Below are positions 23,804-34,495 of a stretch of DNA of 64,000 bases, piece by piece. A program made the translations under genes and the position numbers. How positions within the stretch are numbered: position 1 is the stretch's first letter; every line of letters begins with the position of its first letter. A model generated the notes under the pieces. It ran no database searches and was not told the DNA's origin. It saw nothing but the letters and a program-made list of their open reading frames with translations. Location of the stretch: assembly GCA_051294375.1 (NCBI GenBank), contig CM119264.1, forward strand, positions 5,811,621 through 5,875,620. Direction: 5' to 3'. This stretch comes from Paraspadella gotoi. Lineage: Eukaryota; Animalia; Chaetognatha.

Positions 23804-23850
23804 TATGCGCTGATGAAGGCTCGTATTGTGAGCCGAAACATGTCTGCTCT
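23804..23850 (+). ncRNA. Minimal hammerhead ribozyme (Penelope type)
   Basis: Plus strand reads gcg-CTGATGA-a-ggctc(gtattgt)gagcc-GAAAC-at-GTC-tgc, with the palindromic ACATGT stem III typical of PLE hammerheads. Confidence 0.78.
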
Positions 23851-24394
23851 TGTAAAATAAAATTCGTTGCAAAAATAAAATCAAACTTTGTTAATTCATT
23901 GATTTTAAAAATTAGTTGAGTAGAAAATATTAAAATCATTTATGTGTTCATATTTTATATTGATCAGTTAAGATATGCTTTGACAATGAGTGGAGAAAGT
24001 TGGCTTGTAAAATCGGGTTTCATTTTCCAACTCACCTTTTTTAGATTCAATTTTTTTTTCTTACCTTCAGTAAGTTTTCTGAAGAAATTTGAAATAAAAT
24101 AATATTAATACTATTATCTTCTTAAAGCCCTTTCAAATCTAAAGAGAATGACATACTTACAAATACTGTAGTATAAAATTTAACCGGCCCAGCTTTAATT
24201 TAATTAGGATATTCAAAAACAAGACATCTTTCCAAAAATCAATAGCTGGAGGGTAAATTTAGGCTTTTTATCAAATTGTGATTGGCTATCTTAAATCTCT
24301 TTTTTCAGGCTCTTTTATGATACTTATATAAATAATAATGTTTTATGTTATAATAATTTAAACAAGGTCATATATTTTAAAAAAAGATTTAAAC

Positions 24395-27300
24395 TTTATG
24401 GTTCAAATGGAACCGGGACGTTCTTCATGGTTCTTCCCCACCAACAAGTGAGACATGATCTGCTCTGCAAACGCGACATCTCCCGAGAGAAAACGAAAGA
24501 GGAAACCTCCTCTTCCCCGCCTTCTCTTCCCCCCTCCCGTACGCTACCTCAGTACGCCGACACCGAGACAAGATCACTCGTAACCAAGCAAACCAAGAGG
24601 GGGAATCCCGCGAAGACTTCCCGTGACATGCCACGCCCACTTGACCGGACGTCGTAGAAGGGGGGATGAGAAACCGCAAAAGAACCAGTCCATGGAGCGA
24701 AACCGGGTCTGGAGAAACTGACGGCCGCGACGAAGCAACGGCCGAAGAGCTGTCGGGCGATCAGTTGGCGTCCTTCGACGTCCTGGAGTCCCGCCCCGCT
24801 TGGGAGGCGGCAAGAAATTGCGATGCCATAGGGACGCGAGCGGGATTACGCGGACTGCACGCCCATGCTTGCGGCTAACAGAACTGGCGCAATAGTGGGC
24901 GCCCCGGAGCGGAGAGAGCGAAGATGGAAGCGAGTGACGTCTGTGGAGCGGTCTCCGAAAAAGAACGACGTGGAGGGCGGAGAACTGGACAGAACTGTCT
25001 TGAGATCGAAGGGCGCAGCGTCGACAACTAAGCGCCCGAGACTCGGAGAGGGCCAAAAATCGCCCGCCAAACCCGACGAGGCGTCTCTAAGGGGCTTGGC
25101 AAGATCGTCAAGGTGGCCTGCGTCCACTGCACCGGGCCCATCCGAGCGAAGGGCCTCACCATGAGGCGGAGAGCGTCAGCGACAGAAAGGACAGCATGAG
25201 CGGACGCTACGGCGTCACTCATGATGCGCTCAAAAGCCTTGAAAGCGCGCGTCGTCTTGGAGAGTCCTTCCGAACGGCGTCGAACTGAGCGGCAAGGCAA
25301 CCTCTTGGAGCAGGAGGACGAAATCCGCCGGCGAAGAGACATCCGACCAGCGCGGAAACGCGTATAGGCGGAAAGAACGTCCCACGACGGTAAAGAACGT
25401 TGTCCTGGCAACTCTGCGCAAAACCCTCACTTGCTGTAGGACCCACTCCGAAGGCTGTATAGAAGCACGACGAGACAAGAAGTTGTTCCAACGCCCGGCA
25501 GCAGAAACGGAGGCGTCGTCGTCGACTTGCGCAGATCGTAAGGCCACGAGAAGGCGATACAGCAAAAGTACGAAACATCAGCGGAACACGAACGCGAGAG
25601 GCCCCAAAGACGCGAAGACTCTCAATTCGGAACGAACGAGCGGATCGAAACCTCCGCTATTATTCGCGCACGAAAACGCTAGAAAGAGCGTTGCTAGGGA
25701 ATCTTGGAAAGCTGCGTCTATACAATCTGACAGGGCAGGTGACTTCGGCCTGACCAGCAGAAGCCCGGAATGGTGATGGGTGGAGGCGGTGGAGGCCGGC
25801 GGCGAGGCGCGGCGGAAGAGCATGAGGCGTAGTCTGAGTTGGAAAACACGCGCCTCAGTCAACCAACGCGACGAGCCACCTGCGACAAACCCGGGGGCCC
25901 GAAAACAAGGTTCTTCCCCCTGAGGCGATAAACTAAGCGCCGTGCAAACGAAGAGGGCCCGAGCTCGCGAGATCTTCCTCCGCAGCGCCGCGCAGGGTGG
26001 GCGTCGAGGGCAAGCGAACAGGCGAGTCAAAGGCTCTTCCTCACGAAGCCACGCACAACCGAGAGTACGAAAAGATGGGGGCGCTGAAGAGAAACTTCAA
26101 AGCAACGCTCGTCGAACGCCAATATCTCGTACTTCTGAATACTCCAAAAAAAGGAACGAAAATATCGCAAAATTATTCAACGCGCTGGCTATAGGAAGCA
26201 CGACGAGACAAGAAGTTGTCCAATCCCCGCAGCAGAAACGAGGCGTCGTCGTCGACTTGCGCAGATGGGGCTCGACGAGGAAGGCGTGACGCAGTCACCC
26301 GCTCGGAGCGTGAAGGCCGATCCCCGCCGAAGAGGCCGCAAAGAACGCGAAGACTCCAAGTCGCTGGCGTACAACGAAGACCGACGAAGAACGGCGAAAT
26401 GGCGAACAGAGGCGTCCAAGAACCATGAAGAAAACGTACATGGAAAAAAAGAGAAATCATTGAAAAATGACAGTCTCAAAAAAAGAACCCCAAAAAACAC
26501 CCACCAAACAAGACAAGCGAGCCTGAGCCGCCCCTACACCACCGGTGGTGCCAGGGGTGGACCGGTGGTGGTTGTTGGTGGGGAAGAACACATGAAGAAT
26601 CCCGGTTCCATTTCGGACATAAATTCTATCATGTAGTTCTTCCACCACAACAAGTGAGCCTGTAACAAGACCAGGCGAAGGCTCGACAAAAAAACAAACA
26701 AAGTCGAGTTAGGTGGGGCACAGGAGGAAAACCCTCTGTACGCCGAAATGTACGCCAAAAAAAGGCGAAAAACAAAAAGAAAAGAAAGAAGAACTCACCG
26801 CCGAAGACTCTCCAATTCGGAACGAGACGAGCGGCCGAAACTCCCTAAATTCGCGACGAACGCTAGAAAGAGCGTTGCTAATTTGGGAAAACTGCCTCCA
26901 TCTGAAGGGGCAATGACTTCGGCCTGACCAGAAAAGCCCGGAATGGCTGATGGTGGACGGCGGTGGAGCGCGCGGCGAAGGCGGCGGCGGAAGAGACATG
27001 AGGGTAGTCGAGTTGAAAACACGCGCCTCAGTCCAAAAAACGGAGAGCACTGGACAAACAAGGGGCCGAAACAAGGTTCTTCCCCCCTGCAGCCGTACAA
27101 GCGCCGTGGGAAACGAGAGGGCCGAGTCGCGGCTCTTCCCTCGCAGCCGCGCAGGGTGCGTCGAGGGCAAGCGAAAGGGCCGAGTCAAGGCTCTTCCCTC
27201 CGAAGCCACGCACAACGAAGACGAAAAAGATGGCGGCCGTGAAGAGAAACTTCAAAGCAACGTGTCGAAGAATATCTGTATTCTGAACTCCAAAAAAAAG

Positions 27301-27547
27301 GAACGAAAAATATGCAAAATTATTCAAAAATAATCAAAAATATTTTCGTAAAAGCCGGGAGACTGTGAGCGCAAAAGCGCGAACAGAAGAAGTGATTCTG
27401 TCTCGTGTCGGCGTACTGAGGTAGCGTACGGGAGGGGAAGAGAAGGCCGGGGAAGAGGAGTTTCCTCTTTCGTTTTTCTCTCGGGAGATGTCGCGTTGCA
27501 GAGCAGATGCTCACTTGTTGTGGGGGAAGAACTACATGATAGAATTT
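24395..27547 (-). mobile_element. Non-autonomous DIRS1-like (tyrosine-recombinase retrotransposon) derivative with ITRs, ICR and degraded gag-like sequence
   Basis: ITRs ~24425-24567 and ~27402-27538; both termini are TTT. 26571-26659 is the reverse complement of the right end joined to the left end and shares one AAA (ICR). Minus-strand LKTVLSSSPPSTSFFFG resembles the DIRS gag L..aP....LFG motif. Internal direct repeats 25610-26180/26790-27325; no RT or YR seen. Confidence 0.7.
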
Positions 27548-28786
27548 TAAGTAATTAACTTTTGACTCTCTTAATTAAATCAAGGCTTGGCAGCTTAATT
27601 TTTATATTAGAGCTTTCATAAGTATATCATTCTCTTCATTTTTTAAGGGCTTTCTGAGGATATTAATATTGTTAATATCTTAATAAATACTTTGTTTAAA
27701 AAAGACCTAAAAGTTGAAAAAAAAAAGAATTTAAAAATAGTGAGTTGGAAAATGAAACCCGATTTTACAAGCCAACTTTCTCCACTCATTGTCAAGGCAT
27801 ATCTTAACTGATCAATATAAAATTTGAACACATAAATGACTTTAATATTTTCTACTCAACTAATTTTTAAAATCAATGAAATAACCACTGGTTTGCAAAT
27901 GACAGCGTTTTTTTGTTGGACATAAACTCTCGTCGTGGTCCATCGTTCTTATTCGCCTTTTGTAAAACTGTTTAAAAATATAAACAATCAATATTTGTTT
28001 ACAAACAATACAGTTCATTGTTATTTCATTGCTCTGATTAATCATGATTCTATTTTATACAGATCGCATTAATGTTAGTTGGCCATCGTCGGGGTTTAGA
28101 GTTTATTATTACAGTTTTATGTTATTTGAATAGTGGCTAAACCGAGCTGACCTGAGAGGTCATTGTTGTTACTATCGTTAACCGATGCTTGCCTTTTGCA
28201 TACCTCCAGTTCTTGATCTCTAAAGACTAATTAAATCCTACGATATAGATACTCTCAGAAGGGTGAGCAACTGACGGAAAACCCCGCTCATCATTTTTAC
28301 CGGCGCTTGTAAAATTGTCACTATGTAGAAAGTAGACTTCAAGACTAAAGTTTTGAACCCCCGCCCCTACTGAATTTAATTTCATAGTAGATTTATACTA
28401 TTATTAAGATACAAATTAGTAATTCCTTTTTCGAATATGAGGGTGGCTTATCTTTCGATAACCGACAATATGAACCTATTACATTACTACTATTAATAAA
28501 AACGAATTTTATAAATAAAAAAAAAAAGTCACCTGACAATTGACGCTTTTTATCAAGCTGCAGCGCATTTTTTTATAGTCAAATTTTTCATTATCACAGT
28601 CCTTGAGCGGCCAATTCGAAAAAGGTCGACGATACCTTTGAATCTGAGAGAAATATTTAACAAGTTGATTTATATTTAATATCTGTAACCAAGTTCAATA
28701 CTAGGTAAGATAATATTGATATAAAACTCTATTAACATAAATACAGAAAAGCAGGAAAAAATCAATAGCAAAAGTAACCATTACGT

Positions 28787-31700
28787 TTAAATCAGATTAT
28801 CGATCGAAAAGCATTCAGGGTTTTCGGATTGTCTCCGTTCAGTTGCTTCATTAAAACTTTGATCGCAAAACTCTTTGGCAGATGATAATAACCTCTTCAT
28901 CGTAGTGGTCCATTTCAAGTTTGTCGGAGATGAGTTTATTTTGGGTCTTTTACTCGTCTGAACATTATCATCCGCGTTTTTTCTTTTAAGTGATTCTTGT
29001 CGCAGTTTTACATCCAAATCGACATCGCAAGGCAGTATTTTTTTTTTCAACTCCATCTCATTGGGGAATTTTTCACTAGTATTTTGTTTGGCTGCTATTA
29101 AAGTAGCTTCCGCTAATGTTTTTAATCCATATTCTTCTGATTTTGTAGAAGTAGAAGAAAAATTGTCATCGTTAACCACAAACGATTTACTTGCAGTTAA
29201 CTCCTTAGTTTTCCCAAAAGAGTTTTCTGAGGTTACTCGCGGAGTTTGTTTCATCATTTCGTCGTTTGAGCGACATTCTTTGCTTTTGTTGCCGATTGGA
29301 TTTTCTTTTTTTTTTTCATTAACTGAAGTTGAATGAAGTTTAGGTTCATTTAAATATTTGTCATCTCGAGAAACAAAATCAGTTCTGAGCTTATTTTCTT
29401 GCCTATTATTTCTTTTTAAATGAAAGGTTTCACAAAAACTTTCGGTTTTATGAATCAAAAATTCAACAGTTTTTTGTATTTCATCGTCAACTTTTTCAGA
29501 TATATCATTATTTCCTTCTTCAATCTTAATTGATGAAACACCTACGTCATGTGAAAAAGATAGCTGTTCACTCACACCATAAAGAAGACTACTATAAAGT
29601 TTTGGCATTTCTTCAGCATCTTTCAATTCCCTTTTTATATTCGAGACCTTATCAACTCTAGAAGATAAATCTTTAATAAAATTAGTTTTAGATTTTTTTT
29701 CGTAAGTTCGAATATTTTTTTTTGGCGAACTGCCAACAACATATGATATTTCATGATGATCAGAAACTCTTGACAATGATTTAGGTTCAAGTATTGTCTC
29801 TGTAGAATTGATAGAGCTATGAATGGCAATTGAAGAAAAATCTAACATCTCTTCTGAATTTATTTGCATTTTCTTACTACCGTAAGTCTTTAAAAGTCTG
29901 TTCGTGACATAAGGCTGTTCCTTTTCTATTTCTTTTTCTTCAGTATTACGGTCACTTGAATGACCTTTAGAAGGCGTTTCCACTGAAGTAGTATTAATTG
30001 AGGTAGTTTTGACTGAAGACGTCACATGCGGAATATCCGATAATTTGTTATTTACGAAGTTAATATCAAAATTTAGGGAACTATCAGCAACAATAGACAT
30101 TAATGGTGTATTAGGCGGTAAACATTCTTTCTTGTGTAGATCTAATTCCATTAAACTGGAAAACGGTAATTTGCATACATCACAAACTAGGCAGGAGACC
30201 GAATGCTTTAATAAATCTTCTTCTATCGAATACTTTTGTCCACATTTTTCACAGAAATCTGCCAAACTTTCATCAATAATTAATTCTTCATTAGGTTGAA
30301 AATCTATCTCGGTAGAAGTAGTTATTTCCTGCATTTCGGTACATGGACAAACCGGCAAATGGTTTAGCAAACTATTTTGATCCTGAAAAATTGAATGGCA
30401 AGAAGAGCATTCAAATTTTGAACAGATTAATAAATGTTTATTTAGATCTCCTATTTCTCGAAACAGCATCCCACATTGTTTACATTGATTTGCTTCATTA
30501 ACCGGAAGAGTCAATTGTGAAAGGTTCATCTGAACAAGTTTGCCATTAACTAGTGCAAGAACTGTTCCTTGATTGGTTTGATCAACAGTGCTACTATGAC
30601 TTGCTAATTTATGCTGTTCCAAAGCTTCTGAATTAGTAAAAACTAGGTTGCACAAACTACAACCTAAACAATGAGAAGAATGCTTTGACAACCCATACTT
30701 TCCATAACATTTTTGACCACATTGTTTACATACGACCATTTGATTTTTGACAGGTAGCTGGCTCTGCTGTAAATTTTCCAATACTGCATCAGCCTTTTTA
30801 ATATTTATATTGACATTGGAGCATTTTATAAGATGATCCTCCCTTGACTCTGAATCATCAAACACTTTGTCGCATCCAAGACATTGCTTCATTTTCGGGC
30901 AAATTGATAAATGACAGTTTAAATCTTGAATACTATCAAATTTTAACCCACACTGTTCACATTGATTTTCAGCCAACACGTCCAAGTTTCCAATGGCTTG
31001 CCGGGGAAATCTCAGGGAAATATCATTTATTTTTTGACAAATTAAAAGATGGTCATTTAACTGTTGTGATTCTTCGTATAGCTTATTGCAAAGGGGGCAA
31101 ATGTAAGATTTTGAAGGAATATAAGTTAATTTATCTTTGTCTCCCGTAGTTGCCTGTTTTCCTCCAATGGAGTGTTCTTTGATCATGTGCATTTGATAAA
31201 AAGGTTTTGAAGAAAATCGGGCAGAACAGATATCACATTTATACTTTAATTTTACGAAGGTGTCAACAACTTGATGTGACTGCTTCAAGTGACTCTGGAG
31301 TACAACATCGTAGCCAAAATCAATTCCACAGGTGGGACACGTATAACTTCGATATTTTATGTGCTCTTTTTCGATGTGCTCCTGGAGATTGCGAAAACTG
31401 GTAAACTGTAATTCACAAGTGGAACATTTTGAATAGTTAGAGTTTGCATGAGCCGCTTTCAAATGAGCTTCAAGACTACGGACACCACCAAAGTCATAGC
31501 CACACAAGTGACATGTAAATTCTTTTATTTTCCTATGAACTGCTCGAATGTGAGACGTTAGGTTTCCTGATTGGCTGAAACATTTTCCACATTCCTCGCA
31601 TTTAAACTGCTTCAAGCCTTGGTGAATAGTTTTAATATGAACTTGTAAATTTCCTGATTCAGCGAAGGTTTTATAGCAGTAATGACAATGGTAAAATTTT

Positions 31701-32284
31701 TCCTTTTGATGAACAGTTTTGACATGCTTTTGCAAAGAATGAAGAAGTTTAAATGACTTACCACACTTTAAACATTTTAAGTCATCTAATTTGTTGTGAA
31801 CTATTTTTTCATGCCTTTTTAAATCCCATGCATGAGCAAAGAATTTATTACATTGATTGCACTGAAAACCAATCGAAATTGTGCCAGTCTCCGATAAAAG
31901 ATTAACTTCCTGCGGTGGCAAAATCTCGTCGCTCAATTCCTCCGTGAAAACTTGTCCAATGGGCAAATTTTCAGTATTTATATCTAACTCAACTTCTACA
32001 GCTGGTTCAGGTACTCGCTGTTGCACAATTGGGGGAAATGAAAGATAAACGTCTTCAAAGTTTATCTTTTTTCTTGAAGAATCGAGTTCAGTGACAGATG
32101 GTATTACATATTCATCAGCAGGAATGTAATATATGGGTTCTGGGCCAAGTACGTCACAACTCTCTTCCAACACTTCTTCGTTTTCGACGGTTTCAACAAT
32201 ATCTGGATGATCGACGACTTCTTCTTCGATGAAATCCAATGATTCATAGTTAGTTTTGCTTTCAATCCACGTTCGGAACTCCAT
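28787..32284 (-). CDS. Large multi-C2H2/C2HC zinc-finger protein, intronless, 1165 aa
   Basis: Tandem fingers such as CNQC..HEKIVH and CEECGKCFSQSGNLTSHIRAVH, followed by CxxC..HLxxC fingers and a low-complexity tail. Confidence 0.9.
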   Translation of the reverse strand: MEFRTWIESKTNYESLDFIEEEVVDHPDIVETVENEEVLEESCDVLGPEPIYYIPADEYVIPSVTELDSSRKKINFEDVYLSFPPIVQQRVPEPAVEVELDINTENLPIGQVFTEELSDEILPPQEVNLLSETGTISIGFQCNQCNKFFAHAWDLKRHEKIVHNKLDDLKCLKCGKSFKLLHSLQKHVKTVHQKEKFYHCHYCYKTFAESGNLQVHIKTIHQGLKQFKCEECGKCFSQSGNLTSHIRAVHRKIKEFTCHLCGYDFGGVRSLEAHLKAAHANSNYSKCSTCELQFTSFRNLQEHIEKEHIKYRSYTCPTCGIDFGYDVVLQSHLKQSHQVVDTFVKLKYKCDICSARFSSKPFYQMHMIKEHSIGGKQATTGDKDKLTYIPSKSYICPLCNKLYEESQQLNDHLLICQKINDISLRFPRQAIGNLDVLAENQCEQCGLKFDSIQDLNCHLSICPKMKQCLGCDKVFDDSESREDHLIKCSNVNINIKKADAVLENLQQSQLPVKNQMVVCKQCGQKCYGKYGLSKHSSHCLGCSLCNLVFTNSEALEQHKLASHSSTVDQTNQGTVLALVNGKLVQMNLSQLTLPVNEANQCKQCGMLFREIGDLNKHLLICSKFECSSCHSIFQDQNSLLNHLPVCPCTEMQEITTSTEIDFQPNEELIIDESLADFCEKCGQKYSIEEDLLKHSVSCLVCDVCKLPFSSLMELDLHKKECLPPNTPLMSIVADSSLNFDINFVNNKLSDIPHVTSSVKTTSINTTSVETPSKGHSSDRNTEEKEIEKEQPYVTNRLLKTYGSKKMQINSEEMLDFSSIAIHSSINSTETILEPKSLSRVSDHHEISYVVGSSPKKNIRTYEKKSKTNFIKDLSSRVDKVSNIKRELKDAEEMPKLYSSLLYGVSEQLSFSHDVGVSSIKIEEGNNDISEKVDDEIQKTVEFLIHKTESFCETFHLKRNNRQENKLRTDFVSRDDKYLNEPKLHSTSVNEKKKENPIGNKSKECRSNDEMMKQTPRVTSENSFGKTKELTASKSFVVNDDNFSSTSTKSEEYGLKTLAEATLIAAKQNTSEKFPNEMELKKKILPCDVDLDVKLRQESLKRKNADDNVQTSKRPKINSSPTNLKWTTTMKRLLSSAKEFCDQSFNEATERRQSENPECFSIDNLI

Positions 32285-32867
32285 GTTGAAATGAATCTAG
32301 TATATTTACCGCATTTCAAATCTATATGGCAAAAATTAAGTTTTTCTTAGTCTTCAACAAACATTTAGTTTTTTCAAAAGAGAGGCCTCGTGTCACAAGT
32401 TTGTTATTCAATACTAAATAAATTAAAAAATTAAAGGCGAAATAGTAACAAACCGTAAGTTTAAGCAATATTAAATTCGGATTTATTATATATTTCTTTT
32501 TCCAAATAGGCAATTACCGAAAGACACTTCAGGGCACAGCCTGTCACAGGTTTGTTTTTGTGTAAATATTTCTTCTTAAGGGGAGGGTCAAAATGGTTTT
32601 AATCGAATTAATAAATTTCGTTACGTTAATCACAGAAGTTTTGTGCTAATCAAATAAGGAAAAAAAAAACACCATGCAGGAAAAAGCAAACTCGGTTCTA
32701 AAGCATATGATAACATTTTTAAAATCAATAACAATCCATAATAGAAAAAGCTTTAAAACACAATTAATTGTTAACTATCACGATGCCGATAACGAACGTT
32801 TATTTAGACATCTTTCCTTAAGTATGATAAAGTCCAAATCATGCATATGAATAAAAGTAAAATTCGG

Positions 32868-34337
32868 TCAAACGTTGAGTACAGCGTGAATGTCAATCTC
32901 TTTCGAGTATGGCTTTAGAGACGGATTTACTTCATCTCGCAAAAACTTCTCGACCTGCTGAGAGGCACGCCCAACGAATGAAGATGGTTCCATAATTTCG
33001 TCCAGTTTGGAGAGAATTGGGCGGAAAAAGGGGTCATCCCTGATCTTGGCGATCAAATTGTTGTCCATACCCTCCATCTTGACCTCTTCCCCAGCTTCCT
33101 GCGACAGAATGCGAATTCGCTCATGAACTTCCTGTCGGTCGCCGCCCGCCTTCACCATTTCCATGATAATGTTCTCCGTCGCCATAAAGGGAAGTTCCAG
33201 CTCTATACGACGGGCGATGACCTTCGGGTAAACTACTAGACCCTCCGTAACGTTTTGCAACGTATTAAGAACGATGTCCGCGGTGAGAAATGCCTCGGAG
33301 ATGCTAATTCGTCGATTAGCCGAGTCGTCCAGGGATCGCTCCATCCACTGGACGCTCGCCGTGGCAAGAGGATCTTGGGCCAGCGACATTAGGTGCCGAG
33401 ATAGGGCGCAACAGCGCTCGGATCTCATAGGGTTTCGCTTGTAGGCCATGGCGGAAGAGCCGACTTGGTCCTTCTCAAAAGGCTCTTCTAGTTCTTTCAT
33501 GCTAGCCAAGAGTCGTATGTCAGTGCATATTTTATGAACAGAGGCGCCCATGCTAGCCAACGGCATTAGGATCTGAATGTCCATCTTTCGCGGGTAAGTC
33601 TGACCGCAAATGATCAGATGGTTGGTAAAACCGTGTTTTTCGGAAACCATTTGGTCTAACTTCTCCACCTTGTCGTGATCGCCTTCAAAAATGGTAAGAA
33701 AAGAAGCCTGTGTCCCGGTCGTGCCCTTGACGCCGCGGAACCGAATTTCGCCCCTTGTACGGGAAAGAGACTGCAAATCGACTAGAAGATCTTGGATCCA
33801 GACGCAAGTCCGTTTCCCGACCGTGGTCAGTTGAGCGGGTTGCAAATGAGTGAACCCGAGGCACGGGAGATCCTTGTGTTCGACCGCGAATCTGGCGAGA
33901 CGGTCAATGCATCGGGCTAATCGAGGCAAGAGAATGTCGATCCCGTTCCGCATCAATATGAGATCAGTGTTGTCTTGAACGAAAGCGGAAGTGGCCCCCC
34001 AATGAATTATGGGCGCTGCCGAGGGAGCAGCCGCGGCGAAGGTGTGAATGTGGGCCATGACGTCGTGACGCCTTTTACTTTCCTCCTTGGCAGCCAACTC
34101 GTAATCGATGTTGTCGATATTGGCGCGCATCTCTTCGATCTGCTCGTCCATGATGCAAAGGCCGAGGCTCTGCTGCGCCTCCGCAAGCGAGGTCCACAGA
34201 CGGCGCCACGTCGAAAACTTTTTTTGCTCGCTGAAATTAAAGGACATCTCCTCGCTGGCGTAGCGCGATCCCAGCGGCGAGTTGTACCGGAGTTTCGCTG
34301 CCGCCAAATTTTTATTTTGGCAATTGCACTTTGCCAT
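32868..34337 (-). CDS. ADSL: Adenylosuccinate lyase, intronless
   Basis: [36 protein letters not shown] and the [15 protein letters not shown] signature; ATG 34337 preceded by a cgaaaatcag acceptor. Confidence 0.97.
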   Translation of the reverse strand: MAKCNCQNKNLAAAKLRYNSPLGSRYASEEMSFNFSEQKKFSTWRRLWTSLAEAQQSLGLCIMDEQIEEMRANIDNIDYELAAKEESKRRHDVMAHIHTFAAAAPSAAPIIHWGATSAFVQDNTDLILMRNGIDILLPRLARCIDRLARFAVEHKDLPCLGFTHLQPAQLTTVGKRTCVWIQDLLVDLQSLSRTRGEIRFRGVKGTTGTQASFLTIFEGDHDKVEKLDQMVSEKHGFTNHLIICGQTYPRKMDIQILMPLASMGASVHKICTDIRLLASMKELEEPFEKDQVGSSAMAYKRNPMRSERCCALSRHLMSLAQDPLATASVQWMERSLDDSANRRISISEAFLTADIVLNTLQNVTEGLVVYPKVIARRIELELPFMATENIIMEMVKAGGDRQEVHERIRILSQEAGEEVKMEGMDNNLIAKIRDDPFFRPILSKLDEIMEPSSFVGRASQQVEKFLRDEVNPSLKPYSKEIDIHAVLNV

Positions 34338-34495
34338 CGTCGGAGTCAAATCTTGGCCTGATTTTCGTAACGGGAAAAAACATATTGTAACGTAAAAATC
34401 GTCAAAAAAAACAAGGTTGCAGCTAAAAAAAAAGCGAAAATTCTGAAAAAATACTGGCGCGAAGTCAATGATTATTTTTTTTGTGTTAAAAGCGC

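Larger units (their letters stand above)
23464..23894. mobile_element. Truncated Penelope-like element: inverted pLTR pair with 13-bp target duplication
   Basis: Arms 23499-23651 and 23741-23895 are near-perfect inverted copies. TSD ttcattgatttta at 23451-23463 and 23895-23907; the opposite host arm (~27868-27880) has a single copy, i.e. the empty site. Confidence 0.75.
23390..28325. mobile_element. Tc1/mariner-type foldback/MITE with long TIRs hosting nested insertions
   Basis: TA|CATGGTGACAATTTTACAAGCGCCGGTAAAAA ... TTTTTACCGGCGCTTGTAAAATTGTCACTATG|TA. Arms 23390-24130 and 27640-28325 are inverted, and each is interrupted by an insertion. Confidence 0.75.

Noticed and set aside
24427-27514. 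Many overlapping short ORFs as host genes
   Set aside because: GC-rich, frameshifted interior of the DIRS-like element; no intact protein.
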